Shown one piece after another: positions 9,601-19,654 of a DNA stretch of 64,000 nt. Every line of letters begins with the position of its first letter. The stretch's first letter is position 1. The stretch is from an uncultured virus (IMG/VR IMGVR_UViG_3300042884_001169) (lineage: Duplodnaviria; Heunggongvirae; Uroviricota; Caudoviricetes): IMG/VR virus record IMGVR_UViG_3300042884_001169; one strand, written 5' to 3'. The notes beneath the pieces were generated by a model. The model worked only from the letters and a program-made list of their open reading frames with translations. It did not search any database and was not told the origin of the DNA. A program made the position numbers and the translations under genes.

Positions 9601-12600
9601 TGCCTTGAGTTCCAGTTGCACCTTGAAAGCCTTGGTTGCCTTGTGGACCCTGAGCGCCCTTATCGGCAAGCAGCGTCCAGAACGTCCCCGGACTTGGAGT
9701 ATCACCGACGTTGCCGCCATTGGAATCGATTCGATACCAAGTCTTCCCGTCATAGGTCGCAACATCACCAATGGCGTAAGAGGTTCCTCCGCTGTATGCG
9801 CCAGTGAAGTTCCAAAGAGCGGCAGTGCCTTGATAACCCTGAGTTCCTTGGACGCCTTGATTGCCTTGATGACCTTGTACGCCTTGTGCGCCAGTCGATC
9901 CTTGTGTTCCCTGTGAACCGGTAGCACCCTGAGGGCCTTGCGCACCAGTGACACCTTGATCACCTTGAGTTCCTTGCGCGCCGGTAGAACCCTGAGATCC
10001 GGTCGAACCCTGAGCACCAGTGGATCCTTGTGCTCCAGTAGCGCCTTGTGAACCGGTAGATCCCTGAACACCCTGCGTTCCTTGATTCCCTTGGAAACCT
10101 TGAACACCCTGAGTTCCTTGCGGACCGACAGCACCGTCTAGGTTCACCGTCCACGAGGAATAGGTTCCGCTGCCGACCTTGTGTGTAATGTCAACGGAAA
10201 GCGCACCCGTACCAGAGTTATACGAAATGATTTCGCCATTCATATGGTTGCTCTCGTCATTTGCGATGACGATTGTTTGAGCAGCCGAATAAGCAAGACC
10301 AGTGCCGACGGTGAGGTTCAGCGTTCCGTTGTTGGTAATGGTGAGTGACGTTGAAGACGTGGTGGAGTATTTGTCGCCAGTTACGCCTTGATAGCCCTGC
10401 GGACCTTGAGCGCCGGTCGCTCCTTGATTTCCTTGGGTGCCTTGATTGCCCTGCGCTCCAGTTGAACCTTGATCACCTTGGCTACCTTGTGAACCGGTAA
10501 GACCCTGAACACCTTGGAAACCTTGCGCCCCAGTTGTGCCTTGTGCTCCAGTGGAACCCTGCGCCCCTTGCGAACCAGTTGTACCCTGTGACCCCTGTGA
10601 ACCGGTCGTTCCTTGTGCGCCTTCGTCACCTTGAGAGCCAGTCGCTCCTTGCGATCCTTGAACACCTTGATTGCCCTGTGCGCCGGTAGTTCCTTGCGCT
10701 CCGGTTGCGCCTTGAACACCCTGAAAACCTTGGTTGCCCTGCGCACCCGTAGACCCTTGGAAGCCTTGGTTTCCTTGAAAACCTTGATCGCCTTGTGCGC
10801 CTTCGATGCCCTGAGGTCCGGTTTGACCTTGCGAACCTTGTGCGCCGGTTGTGCCCTGATGACCCTGCACGCCTTGAGCGCCAGTCGCACCTTGTGAGCC
10901 TTGATTACCGGTTTGACCTTGTGGGCCTTGATCGCCTTGATGTCCCTGATGTCCTTGAACACCTTGAACGCCTTGATTCCCTTGGAACCCTTGCGCTCCA
11001 GTAGAACCTTGTGCGCCAGTTGAACCCGTTGCCCCTTGGTCACCTTGAACGCCCTGTGCGCCAGTTACACCTTGATTTCCCTGCGAACCGGTTTGGCCTT
11101 GGAATCCTTGGTGTCCTTGGTTGCCTTGCGCTCCAGTTGATCCTTGATTTCCTTGCGGACCAGTTTCACCCTGCGACCCTTGGAAACCTTGTGCGCCGGT
11201 CGTGCCTTGAACGCCTTGATCGCCCGTTACACCCTGATGTCCTTGCGGACCTTGAGTTCCCGTTGCACCCTGAACACCCTGTGTTCCTTGTGCGCCAGTG
11301 TTTCCGATGACACCCTGAAAACCTTGCGCTCCTTGCACGCCCTGATAACCCTGCGGGCCAACTTGGGTGTACATGACCTGCGCAATGGAAACGATTACGG
11401 ATGGACGAACCGGTGTCGTTGGCGAAACATGGGCAGCGTCGTGCTGAAGACTTACGGTCGCAGCCGTAGTACTCCAATAAATCTGAACGTAATCATTGAC
11501 GGAAGTTGAGGTCCCAGTAAACGTCAACGTCACCATCTGCGAACTTGGTTCACCCGCAGATTTACGCGGAGCAAGTCCTGCTTCGACGGAGGAGTTCGGG
11601 TAAATGGTGCCGTTGAGTTTCAACCAGAAGGTTGCGTACTCGTATGAGTTTTCTGGATTTTCAAGTTGGAACGTCGCTACTAGCGTGTAAGTGCCGGGGT
11701 TGGCCAAAGTGATCTTGCTGCCATCGACAATGGAAATGCCGTTTGACCCGTAAGAGTTTCCAATAGCAACGGCTTGCTCGGTATTTGCGACAGAGATGGT
11801 TTGGTCGGTTGCGTCGTAGAACGACCCGTAGTAGCCGAGTGCGCCGCCTGCACCTTGCGTTCCGGTTGTTCCTTGGTAACCCTGATACCCCTGATGACCT
11901 TGCGTACCTTGCGTACCTTGACTGCCGGTATTCCCCTGCGAACCTTGCGCGCCAGTCAGGCCTTGCGAACCTTGCGAACCTTGAACGCCTTGGCTACCGG
12001 TCGCACCTTGAACGCCTTGGCTACCGGTCGCACCTTGGAAACCTTGATGACCTTGAAAGCCTTGATCGCCTTGGACCCCGGCGACACCTTGAGCGCCAAC
12101 GGAACCCTGTGACCCGGTGCTGCCCTGTGCGCCAGCGACGCCTTGAGAACCCTGCGAACCCGTAGCGCCGGTTTCACCCTGTGAACCTTGCGAACCGGTT
12201 TGACCTTGAACGCCTTGTGAACCTTGAACGCCCTGTGAACCGGTTGAGCCTTGTGCGCCAGTTACACCTTGATTTCCCTGAAAGCCTTGCGCCCCAGTGT
12301 CACCTTGAGCGCCAGTAGAACCCTGCGCTCCGGTAGCACCTTGATTACCTTGAGCGCCCTGTGAGCCAGTCGCACCCTGAGCGCCTTGTGCGCCAGCAGT
12401 GCCTTGCGTTCCCTGAACACCCTGAGGACCCGTTGCACCCTGTACGCCTTGTGAACCCTGTACGCCCTGCGAACCCTGAATACCTTGAGTGCCTTGTGGT
12501 CCGACAGCACCGTCAAGGTTCACCGCCCATGAGGAGAATGTTCCGCTGCCGACCTTTGATTGCACATTGATGGAAAGCGCACCCGTACTGGAGTTGTACG

Positions 12601-13717
12601 AAATGATCTCGCCATTCATGTTGTTGCTGTCGTTGAAAGCGACGACGATTGTTTGAGCGGCGGAATAAGCGAGACCAGTTCCAACTGTAAGATTGAGCGT
12701 TCCGCTATTCGTGATGGTGAGTGACGTTGAAGACGTGGTTGAGTACTTGTCGCCAGTTACGCCCTGAACACCCTGCGAACCTTGAGGTCCAGTCGCGCCT
12801 TGATTGCCCTGCGCTCCAGTTGCACCTTTTTCTACAAATACATCCCAAGATATTAATGAATCTGGTTGGTAACCAGTAGTGTTGTTGCCTAGGCAAATAT
12901 AAGAAGTGCCATTGAATGTAACTACATCATTAAAGTTGTAAACAATCTCTGGTCCACCGTAAGGACCTCTAAAGTAAAAACCTTCACCTGTTAAACCTTG
13001 AGGACCTTCAACGCCCTGATGTCCTTGAAATCCTTGAACGCCTTGGGTGCCCTGAACGCCTTGAGTGCCCTGCGCGCCAGTATTGCCAGTAAGGCCCTGT
13101 GTCCCTTGGCTTCCCGTCGCACCTTGAACACCCTGATTGCCTTGAGCGCCAACAACGCCTTGAAAGCCTTGACTGCCCTGAGAACCCTGCGTTCCCTGCG
13201 AACCAGTTGTTCCTTGTGCGCCGGTCGTTCCTTGAGAACCAGTTGCGCCTTGGTTGCCTTGAGAACCTTGCGCTCCTTGTGAACCGGTAACGCCTTGATT
13301 TCCTTGTGCTCCAGAGGAACCCTGATTGCCTTGGTTGCCCTGCGCGCCTTGAGAGCCAGTTGCGCCTTGTGTTCCCTGTGATCCGGTCGCGCCAAGAACG
13401 CCCTGAGGTCCCTGATTGCCTTGGGAACCCGTAGATCCTTGTGTTCCCTGCGAGCCGGTTGTTCCTTGTGAACCCTGAGCGCCGGTTGTGCCTTGGTTAC
13501 CCTGTGATCCAGTCGCACCTTGAGTGCCGGTCGGTCCCTGAATGCCTTGAGCGCCAATCGGACCTTGTGGTCCTTGTGCTCCGCTGGTGCCGGGAACATA
13601 AATTGTTACTTCGTTGGGAGCGTCTTGATTTACCTCAACCCGGTTGGGTGAGTCCGTTACATTGACATTTGTGACGCTTTCAGCGATTTGAATGCTGATG
13701 GGTTCTTCAATGGTCAT
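6677..13717 (-). CDS. giant collagen-like (Gly-X-Gln/Thr) tail fibre or virion appendage with interspersed globular domains
   Basis: Long G-X-Y triplet runs over about the first 1700 aa; Thr/Gly-rich fibre-type C-terminal region; position among tail genes. Confidence 0.9.
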   Translation of the reverse strand: MTIEEPISIQIAESVTNVNVTDSPNRVEVNQDAPNEVTIYVPGTSGAQGPQGPIGAQGIQGPTGTQGATGSQGNQGTTGAQGSQGTTGSQGTQGSTGSQGNQGPQGVLGATGSQGTQGATGSQGAQGNQGNQGSSGAQGNQGVTGSQGAQGSQGNQGATGSQGTTGAQGTTGSQGTQGSQGSQGFQGVVGAQGNQGVQGATGSQGTQGLTGNTGAQGTQGVQGTQGVQGFQGHQGVEGPQGLTGEGFYFRGPYGGPEIVYNFNDVVTFNGTSYICLGNNTTGYQPDSLISWDVFVEKGATGAQGNQGATGPQGSQGVQGVTGDKYSTTSSTSLTITNSGTLNLTVGTGLAYSAAQTIVVAFNDSNNMNGEIISYNSSTGALSINVQSKVGSGTFSSWAVNLDGAVGPQGTQGIQGSQGVQGSQGVQGATGPQGVQGTQGTAGAQGAQGATGSQGAQGNQGATGAQGSTGAQGDTGAQGFQGNQGVTGAQGSTGSQGVQGSQGVQGQTGSQGSQGETGATGSQGSQGVAGAQGSTGSQGSVGAQGVAGVQGDQGFQGHQGFQGATGSQGVQGATGSQGVQGSQGSQGLTGAQGSQGNTGSQGTQGTQGHQGYQGYQGTTGTQGAGGALGYYGSFYDATDQTISVANTEQAVAIGNSYGSNGISIVDGSKITLANPGTYTLVATFQLENPENSYEYATFWLKLNGTIYPNSSVEAGLAPRKSAGEPSSQMVTLTFTGTSTSVNDYVQIYWSTTAATVSLQHDAAHVSPTTPVRPSVIVSIAQVMYTQVGPQGYQGVQGAQGFQGVIGNTGAQGTQGVQGATGTQGPQGHQGVTGDQGVQGTTGAQGFQGSQGETGPQGNQGSTGAQGNQGHQGFQGQTGSQGNQGVTGAQGVQGDQGATGSTGAQGSTGAQGFQGNQGVQGVQGHQGHQGDQGPQGQTGNQGSQGATGAQGVQGHQGTTGAQGSQGQTGPQGIEGAQGDQGFQGNQGFQGSTGAQGNQGFQGVQGATGAQGTTGAQGNQGVQGSQGATGSQGDEGAQGTTGSQGSQGTTGSQGAQGSTGAQGTTGAQGFQGVQGLTGSQGSQGDQGSTGAQGNQGTQGNQGATGAQGPQGYQGVTGDKYSTTSSTSLTITNNGTLNLTVGTGLAYSAAQTIVIANDESNHMNGEIISYNSGTGALSVDITHKVGSGTYSSWTVNLDGAVGPQGTQGVQGFQGNQGTQGVQGSTGSQGATGAQGSTGAQGSTGSQGSTGAQGTQGDQGVTGAQGPQGATGSQGTQGSTGAQGVQGHQGNQGVQGTQGYQGTAALWNFTGAYSGGTSYAIGDVATYDGKTWYRIDSNGGNVGDTPSPGTFWTLLADKGAQGPQGNQGFQGATGTQGNQGVQGTTGAQGVQGHQGFQGATGSQGSQGVTGVTGDEGPQGVTGAQGPQGNAGVQGSTGSQGAQGHQGDDGAQGNQGVQGARGFQGFQGPQGDQGATGAQGAQGVQGFQGVTGAQGSQGNQGVQGHQGFQGDVGAQGATGAQGSQGPQGNTGAQGVQGHQGVEGPQGDQGATGAQGSQGVQGATGAQGTTGSQGATGSQGAQGHQGFQGDTGAQGSTGSQGATGSQGATGAQGAQGDQGATGAQGATGAQGATGSQGATGAQGAEGPQGDTGTQGATGAQGSVGAQGFQGVTGSQGAQGSTGAQGSQGFQGNQGFQGNQGATGAQGSQGFQGAPSEGFTTFAVSGQSDVVADNLNDTLTLAGISNIQITTTAGTDTISVGVNEDPTFHSPTVNGDGDDVNLLALTNSHPNSRISLDNTATSGREYRIISTGTGSAITAGSLAIYDADASAVRLRVASDGTVYVVGTLDANAIAVTSTTVVTNLNADQLDGQHGSHYLDWTNTTNKPDPTITLGGDLTGSVTLTDLASGTLTATIAANSVALGTDTTGNYVSDVTSGTGITVTHTPGEGSSAAIALTNSSVTVNGTSISLGGSGTVTAAAGTLTGATLSSGVTASSLTSVGILNNLNVTTTNAATTPLTVKGASLQSGPLQAWTNSSSQNLAYVDFNGKIVSLESIRVEGGSSAAEVGYFITSANTTKGIVVTGQNTQTANLQEWGLVSGVLASVSPAGLITTASDIAVNGGDITTTSTGTATVFNTNATTLNLGGAATTVSIGAGSGTTTVNNALVVTGDLTVNGTTTTVNTTTVSVDDKNIELGAVASPTDVTADGGGITLKGATDKTIIWVDATDCWTFNQDVDLASDKAYKINGTTVIGATSLGAGVTSSNLNTVATIGTGTWQGTTIAGAYGGTGVANTGKTITLGGNVTTSGAYAVTFTLTGTTSVTMPVSGTVISTLNPNLIADDDQLILASQIFGR
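8600..13590 (-). repeat. 9-bp-period coding repeat (collagen triplets)
   Basis: Recurrent CC(T/C)TG every 9 or 18 nt on the plus strand, interrupted by unique domains. Confidence 0.9.
10122..12763 (-). repeat. dispersed duplication of a domain of about 265 bp (copies at about 10122-10387 and 12499-12763)
   Basis: Both copies encode [15 protein letters not shown]...[16 protein letters not shown]...[15 protein letters not shown]...[12 protein letters not shown]. Confidence 0.9.
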
Positions 13718-14061
13718 CTAGTGACCTCAAGATTCACCACGAACCGGCCTCGCAGTACGCGATGCACTGCACCAGCGGCAGAGATGATCTCAAGGTCGTA
13801 AAAGCCATCGCTGTCTATGGTTGCCGTAGTGGCTGGACTGAGACTCATCGCAATTGTTCCGGCGGCGCCGCCAAGAACCAAACGACCATTGGCCGTGGTG
13901 AGTTCAACTAGAACGTCACTTGATTCGATTTCTGGGCGAACCTGCATCCGAGCGGTGTATCCGGTTAAATTCATCGGATTGCCGTTGGCTTGTTCAATGG
14001 TAAGAAGGCGCTCAAAAGTAGCACCTTGATCACAAACTATTTTGTAAACCCCAGCGAGCAT
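13714..14061 (-). CDS. small tail/virion adaptor-type protein preceding the fibre
   Basis: DQGATF...[12 protein letters not shown]...YDLEI...RVLRGRF pattern; GGAGG RBS. Confidence 0.7.
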   Translation of the reverse strand: MLAGVYKIVCDQGATFERLLTIEQANGNPMNLTGYTARMQVRPEIESSDVLVELTTANGRLVLGGAAGTIAMSLSPATTATIDSDGFYDLEIISAAGAVHRVLRGRFVVNLEVTR

Positions 14062-14136
14062 TGCATCCTCCTAGCACCCAATTGTAGGACAACAGGAGTA
14101 GTCGCTGCCCCACCGATAAGCAATACTCGCTGTTAT

Positions 14137-14346
14137 CTAGGCTTTTGGCCCAAGGAAAGATGCCGTTCCCTTGTCAGCACCAATCTTTGAAGAGACCCAT
14201 GCAAGCCCAATAGCAACCAAAGCAAGTGCTGGAACCGTAATCTCTGCAGGAACTTCATACTTGGTAGCCACCCAAGTCAGAACACCGATCACAAGACCCT
14301 TAATCATTTGATCCATTGTTTGCTGAGTGGTTGTGGTCGAGTTCAT
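14137..14346 (-). CDS. putative holin (2 TM)
   Basis: 69 aa, two TM segments, C-terminal GADKGTASFL. Confidence 0.6.
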   Translation of the reverse strand: MNSTTTTQQTMDQMIKGLVIGVLTWVATKYEVPAEITVPALALVAIGLAWVSSKIGADKGTASFLGPKA

Positions 14347-14582
14347 TCTTCATCCTCGTCGTAAAGTCCAAAAAACAGTTCGTTTTCTGGGTCCTGCAAC
14401 ATGTTCTGTGCAGATTGTAACATGCCAGTACCAAGCCAAGGGGTAATGGATTCAGATGTTGAAAGCGAAAGTTCAGCCCCTTCTTCCGTCAACACTTCAC
14501 AAACCAAAATAAAGTTTGTGATAACCCTTCCGGGCATCGCATTACGAATCAATTCATGAAAAAAGTCTTCTTCTTCGTTCAT
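14343..14582 (-). CDS. hypothetical acidic protein
   Basis: 79-aa ORF overlapping both neighbours by 4 nt. Confidence 0.6.
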   Translation of the reverse strand: MNEEEDFFHELIRNAMPGRVITNFILVCEVLTEEGAELSLSTSESITPWLGTGMLQSAQNMLQDPENELFFGLYDEDEE

Positions 14583-14920
14583 CGCCCACTCTCCATTTCC
14601 AGATTAGCCAAACGACGCTGAAGATCGAGAACAATCGACCCGAGAGCATCATTGCGCTTTTCGCACTCTTCTTGCTCTAGGCGAAGATCATTGATAACCG
14701 TGTTCAAACGGCGCACTTCTTCTCGAAGATCGTCCACGATGCTTGAATACCCCTGAAGTAAAGTTTGCGTGTGTTCGTCCCCCTGTCGATCGCGCTCAAT
14801 GCCCAGATCGACTTTTTGATGTTTTGATTCTTGATTCTTGGTGTATCGAGCCGCCCACCACGAAAGAATCCCAGTGATGATTGTGGCGAAAGCGATTATT
14901 GCATTGTCGAGAACACTCAT
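14579..14920 (-). CDS. membrane-anchored coiled-coil protein (lysis-cassette type; start probably MSVLDN)
   Basis: N-terminal TM then heptad repeats; ATGA coupling to the upstream gene at 14920. Confidence 0.6.
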   Translation of the reverse strand: MSVLDNAIIAFATIITGILSWWAARYTKNQESKHQKVDLGIERDRQGDEHTQTLLQGYSSIVDDLREEVRRLNTVINDLRLEQEECEKRNDALGSIVLDLQRRLANLEMESGR

Positions 14921-15267
14921 AGCCAAGACCTCCGCCACGTTGAAGCAAATGTGGATCCATCAATAATCGCTAGACTGATTCCGAATGCAATTGCTAGTGG
15001 ATCTTGATCTGTGATTATGAGGGCTGTCGATACCCCAGCCCAGATAGCGCTAGTAACTAAAAAGCAGTATGGGAGGCGACAAATAAGGTCGGCTTTAACA
15101 AACCATGCTGAAACAACAGAAATTAGCAGCAAGGCAGCGACAAAAATGGGTAGATCAAAATTGTAGGTAAAGATGCCGATGCACGCGATCACAAGCGATC
15201 GAACAGCAAGAAAAATTCCTTGAATCCGAAGAAAACTTTTGTGGCTTGAGTCCGTTGTGATGGTCAC
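14917..15267 (-). CDS. multi-pass membrane protein (about 4 TM)
   Basis: Hydrophobic segments; GTG start 6 nt after TACTCT. Confidence 0.6.
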   Translation of the reverse strand: MTITTDSSHKSFLRIQGIFLAVRSLVIACIGIFTYNFDLPIFVAALLLISVVSAWFVKADLICRLPYCFLVTSAIWAGVSTALIITDQDPLAIAFGISLAIIDGSTFASTWRRSWL

Positions 15268-15325
15268 CTATAAAGAGTAGACGAATGTCACACTCCAGAA
15301 ACGGTAAGACTCACCATAAAGATTT

Positions 15326-16702
15326 TTACAGTTTGATGATGTAGTTGACTGTCTGCGTTTTGGGAAGAACTGTCATGTCTTGACCGACGGTTCCTGTAGG
15401 ATTTCCTGTTGTTCCACCAACCGTATGGGACAAAGTTGCACTCGGGTTACCTGTGTTGCCTACAAGGGCGTGTGAGTGTTCTGCATTGTTATTTGAAGCC
15501 CCATCAGTATTTCGGGCGGGATTCGAAGTGGTTACAGCGTTGTTTCTCAATCTGGCGTAGGAGTTGGCAACTGGCTGCTCATATCCACCACCACTAAAAT
15601 AGTTTGGCTTCAAAGTGCCGCCAGCATCATTGCTTGGATGAGCGACTGTCGATGGAACATAGAAAAGTCCGAAACCAGCCCCAGAAGTAGAAATAACGAT
15701 GTTGTCATCTACTTGTCCGACTGTATTTTGGGCGGGGATGAAGTGAACGTGAGCAGCGCCATTTGTTGTGGTTCCGGCACCAAACTGATTAAGATTATGC
15801 GTGTGTGATGGGTGGTTGTCAACCGAGAGTGAGCCAGCGCCATGTGTGTGATTTGGAAGATTGTTCGCAGCAATCGTTACGGCGTTTGAACCAGCGATAG
15901 CACCGAGCGTATCTGTGGGATTAGCGGCACCACGAGGCATACGATCACGCAAATCCGGAACAAAGAATGTTCCCGAACTGCCACCATAAGAGTAGCCAAT
16001 CACATTAAAAAGGTCTGGGTGAACACTTGTGGAGTATGACGCGCCATTACAAAAAAGCCATCCCGTCGGCGGAGTCGTGGTTCCACCGAACGCCCAGATA
16101 ACGCCACTCGGAATTTGCTGATCAGTAGCAATCTTCGCTTTTGTAACAGCGCCAGTTCCAATGGCCTGCTGCGAAACTACGTTATTAGCAAAAGCCGCTG
16201 AACTATCTATAGCACCGCTTGCAATCTTTCCTGCGGTAACCGAGTTGTTGGCCAAAACGTGAACGTGATTAATTCGCGCAAACTTGTCATTATCGCCCTG
16301 CGCCGCAGTAGTCCCAATTTGGGCTAGTTCACCGGTAGAACCCCAACTTGGCATTGCGTGACGATGATCAGACCGGGCCGCATTGTCATTCGCACCTTCA
16401 AACGCAGTATTACCCGGCGTGTTGGCAGAAATGGCACCTAAACCTCCAAACTCGGTGAGGTTTTGCCACTCAGTACCATCGGAGTAATAAAGAATGCCAT
16501 CGTCAGTGTCATAAAAAAAACTACGAACATAAACAACGGGATCGTAAGCGCCACGGTTTGTTCCGGAAAGAAACACCGCAGCCCTTGCTTCAAGGTTGCC
16601 ATGAGACGTGTCTAGTTGGGAACGGGTCAACGGATCGCTATCAGCGCTCCATCGAGTTAGTTCAAATCTTCCTGCGGTTGTTACGCCCATTTTGGCCTCC
16701 AA
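15326..16702 (-). CDS. tail fibre protein with tail-collar domain and HxH-rich tip
   Basis: IPSGVIWAFGG...PTGWLFCNG...LFNVIGYSYGG...FFVPDLRDR; several HxH motifs; YIIKL end. Confidence 0.85.
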   Translation of the reverse strand: MEAKMGVTTAGRFELTRWSADSDPLTRSQLDTSHGNLEARAAVFLSGTNRGAYDPVVYVRSFFYDTDDGILYYSDGTEWQNLTEFGGLGAISANTPGNTAFEGANDNAARSDHRHAMPSWGSTGELAQIGTTAAQGDNDKFARINHVHVLANNSVTAGKIASGAIDSSAAFANNVVSQQAIGTGAVTKAKIATDQQIPSGVIWAFGGTTTPPTGWLFCNGASYSTSVHPDLFNVIGYSYGGSSGTFFVPDLRDRMPRGAANPTDTLGAIAGSNAVTIAANNLPNHTHGAGSLSVDNHPSHTHNLNQFGAGTTTNGAAHVHFIPAQNTVGQVDDNIVISTSGAGFGLFYVPSTVAHPSNDAGGTLKPNYFSGGGYEQPVANSYARLRNNAVTTSNPARNTDGASNNNAEHSHALVGNTGNPSATLSHTVGGTTGNPTGTVGQDMTVLPKTQTVNYIIKL

Positions 16703-16721
16703 GCCATTTTATCTCAACTGG

Positions 16722-17915
16722 TCAGGTTCCAAAAACTGTTAGTTGGAATCCTGCGGGCATCGCTGGCGCTACGGTTTGCTCGACATCTCCAATGTCCCCT
16801 TCAACTAAAAGAATTTGTACGCCGATATGCCAAGGATCATCTAAGTAGTGGCTTAAAAATGTGACGCTTTGGGTTCCGCCTAACGCCTGTTTTGCGGCAG
16901 CAATAATGGATTCTTTAGTTCCAGCCCTGAATCCGAAAGCAGCGCTTTCGACTTGCCATCGCAAAAATGGATCTAGGTCTGTTACGGCAACGTCATAAGA
17001 CTGAATTTCAGTCCAAGTGACGACTCCGTCGGTAGGTGCGATGTCAAGTGGCGACCCTGAGTTAAATGCGAGCCAAGTGAGGTCATTAGTTAATGGATTG
17101 TTATCGAAGTCAAGGTTTTCCCATGGAGTTAAACCCGTAGAGGGATCAAATAACTTTGCACCAACAATCTGAACCAGCCAACGCAAAACCTCATTGGTAT
17201 CAACAGGAACTGCAGCAGGAGTTACAAGTTCGGAAAGTTTGTATTCGCGGTTGTTGTCTTCAGGTGGAATCCACCGATAGTTTTCCCAAGTTTCGTACAC
17301 CTCTCCGGCGGTTGACATGAGAACGTCCATGAATCGCAAAAGTGGACGGTCAAGGTCAGTGCTTTCAACGTCTGCTTGACGAATGTATTCGGGTAGCCGA
17401 ATCCAAGTTTCGCGAGCCATGAAGTTGTAGATAACTGACCATGGGGAAATTATTGAAGGATGCGCAATGTAGACGGGGGCTGAACTTGAAGTATTGGTAA
17501 CGTATATTCCGTATTCAATGAGACTGGTGTTAAGTGAAATTGCTGGAGTTTCAACATTAACAAGCGTCCACTCGTCAGCAATCGCTGTTGCTGAAGCAGA
17601 GACAGTAGTACTTGCGCTTCCCTCAACGGTTGTCAAATAAACGACCACGGTTGAATTTGCTGCTGGTTTAATTCGGGAGATACCTCGGAGCGGCCAAGGA
17701 ACATTTTCACCGTATAGAAAACCGAAACTTGTGGTTTGGAATTTTACATAAGCGGTTCCGCCAGCAGTGGCGTATGCGGAAAGTGTTGGGTTTTCGGAGT
17801 TTGGATCAACGGTATCGGTGGATCGTGAAATGGTCGATCCGACCCCGACCCAGTCGCCCGTGTCATTGACAAATCGTGAAGAGGCGTCTGGGATCAGACT
17901 AATAGTTGCCCCCAT
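16722..17915 (-). CDS. baseplate wedge protein (P2 gpI-like) with N-terminal beta-sandwich
   Basis: LPEYIRQAD...PLLRFM...LRWLVQIVG...RAGTKESI; directly follows the baseplate J gene. Confidence 0.7.
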   Translation of the reverse strand: MGATISLIPDASSRFVNDTGDWVGVGSTISRSTDTVDPNSENPTLSAYATAGGTAYVKFQTTSFGFLYGENVPWPLRGISRIKPAANSTVVVYLTTVEGSASTTVSASATAIADEWTLVNVETPAISLNTSLIEYGIYVTNTSSSAPVYIAHPSIISPWSVIYNFMARETWIRLPEYIRQADVESTDLDRPLLRFMDVLMSTAGEVYETWENYRWIPPEDNNREYKLSELVTPAAVPVDTNEVLRWLVQIVGAKLFDPSTGLTPWENLDFDNNPLTNDLTWLAFNSGSPLDIAPTDGVVTWTEIQSYDVAVTDLDPFLRWQVESAAFGFRAGTKESIIAAAKQALGGTQSVTFLSHYLDDPWHIGVQILLVEGDIGDVEQTVAPAMPAGFQLTVFGT

Positions 17916-17916
17916 A

Positions 17917-19293
17917 TCAAGCGACCGTTACGGTTGCCGTTGCAACTGGCAGCACCCCAACATAGGTAAATGCGAAATCGCCGGTTGTTCCGTTGACCGA
18001 TCCTTCGCCGTCAACATCTGTGATGTTCACACTTACTACTCGTTCAACTCCGGCCACACGGTCCACGAGTGCAATAACTTCGTTGCGATAAATGGTTTGA
18101 CCCCACTCCCAGTTGTTGGCCGAAATGTAACTTTCAACGGCGGCTTTCACGGCGAGTGAAACAGTTGAAGCCAAGTTGCCTGCACGAAGAGTGTATGAGA
18201 CGGCAACGGCAATATTTGCTAGTTTAGCGTTATCGACGCGAAGCGTTAGACCGCCAATTGACTTGTTTGTAATCGTTTCTTCAATCTCAGTCAACGTGGA
18301 CGCTGACACTGATGCGCCATCAAGGTCAGATATGTACAGGGCGGCATACCCGTTGGTTGAGGGTTCCTGAAGCGAGTGTGATGTCACTATCGCGGATGCT
18401 GCTGCTGAAGCGTGTGAGGCGGTTTGGCTCCAGTAAATATGAGTTGCGTCAACACTGTTGACCCGAAAATAACCGTCATATGTTGAATCTGACGATTCGA
18501 GTACGCGAACGAAATCCCCAGCAGTTACTCCATGCCCAGCAGCGATTTCAGCAGTGACGCTTGCTCCTGAATAGGTGAGGCTTGTGATTGTGTCTTGGAT
18601 TTTGAGTCGAGAAAAAGCCTTAGCGCGGTAAACGGAGGCATAGTTGGTGAGCGCGTATGAAGCGAACTGGTCTGCAGTTGCTAAGGACTCGGAAAGAGCA
18701 GCGAATTTTGCAACAGCCCGATTAATGAACTCTGTTTGCGTTTCTGGGTTAGATCCAACTGAAAGATTTAATGACAGGGTGACACTTTGAATGGACGACA
18801 CCGCTGACAAAAGTTGTAGTTGAGTTCCACTGGGAATTGAAGGGTATTCAACAAGATTTACACCTTCGATTTCCGTCTGAATGCTTGCCGCCGAAGTTGT
18901 GACGTCTTCAATGGTTTCAAAAACATAAAAGATCGGTTCACTTCCGGTGCTGTCAAGATATCCAAAGCGGGTGCCTGCAGGGATCGTCCGATTTGAAGCA
19001 TCGATAAAAACGATGTTGACCTCTCCAGTTGGAGCCGTACCGCTATTCCGCTCAACTCCAAACAGTCGTACGAGGCCTTCAATGTTTCCGGCTGGCAAGC
19101 GATTGATGGCAGCGGTCAAAGATGCTGTCATTTCCGAAGTTGCTTGAAGAATTGCGTCCTCAATGCTTCCAGCGGTTGGCGTCCATTCGGGAAGCGCTGT
19201 TTGAGCGTACTCAATTGCAGCGTCGTAGACGTCAGAGGGCTGCATGTCGTAGATTGTGAGATCGATGTATTTGCTGACGTCGGGAGATGGCAT
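17917..19293 (-). CDS. baseplate J-like protein
   Basis: LPEWT..., TIPAGTRF, FETIEDV, GSNPET..EFINR, WGQTIYRNEVIALVDRVAGVERV. Confidence 0.85.
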   Translation of the reverse strand: MPSPDVSKYIDLTIYDMQPSDVYDAAIEYAQTALPEWTPTAGSIEDAILQATSEMTASLTAAINRLPAGNIEGLVRLFGVERNSGTAPTGEVNIVFIDASNRTIPAGTRFGYLDSTGSEPIFYVFETIEDVTTSAASIQTEIEGVNLVEYPSIPSGTQLQLLSAVSSIQSVTLSLNLSVGSNPETQTEFINRAVAKFAALSESLATADQFASYALTNYASVYRAKAFSRLKIQDTITSLTYSGASVTAEIAAGHGVTAGDFVRVLESSDSTYDGYFRVNSVDATHIYWSQTASHASAAASAIVTSHSLQEPSTNGYAALYISDLDGASVSASTLTEIEETITNKSIGGLTLRVDNAKLANIAVAVSYTLRAGNLASTVSLAVKAAVESYISANNWEWGQTIYRNEVIALVDRVAGVERVVSVNITDVDGEGSVNGTTGDFAFTYVGVLPVATATVTVA

Positions 19294-19300
19294 GTTGTTC

Positions 19301-19591
19301 CTAGTTTCTGAAAGCGACTTCGACTAGCAATTCTCCGGAATTGCTGTTCAATAGCCTGATTCCGCCTATTTGGATTTCGGGAAAATATAGGGCGGCGGTG
19401 TAGTAGAGGCCAGAAACGTCAAATTCTGAGAATTCTGGATCTCTGGTCCCAAAAAAAGGTTTTAGTGATAATTCTTCGGTTCGGGTGGAAATTATTGATG
19501 CAACTTTTTGTGCCGCATACTGCTCGCTCGCGTCGTCAAGGGTTACCGCACGACCTGCGGAAAATCTAAACGGAAAAGAGAACGCATCCAT
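19301..19591 (-). CDS. baseplate wedge subunit (gp25/gpW-like)
   Basis: FSFPFRF...STRTEEL...PFFGTRDPEF; size and position upstream of J. Confidence 0.7.
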   Translation of the reverse strand: MDAFSFPFRFSAGRAVTLDDASEQYAAQKVASIISTRTEELSLKPFFGTRDPEFSEFDVSGLYYTAALYFPEIQIGGIRLLNSNSGELLVEVAFRN

Positions 19592-19654
19592 GGCCCTAGT
19601 TTACGTCAGGCAGCACAGCCGTAGTGGCGATATCCGTCAAGTTTCAGCAAAGAC

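Noticed and set aside
8600..13590. Highly repetitive DNA as a CRISPR array or non-coding satellite
   Set aside because: The period is 9 nt with degenerate units and no repeat-spacer structure; Gly-X-Y codons in one open frame explain it fully
8732..13665. Many 60-290 aa alternative-frame and antisense ORFs in the collagen gene
   Set aside because: They are by-products of low-complexity triplet repeats that lack stops in other frames
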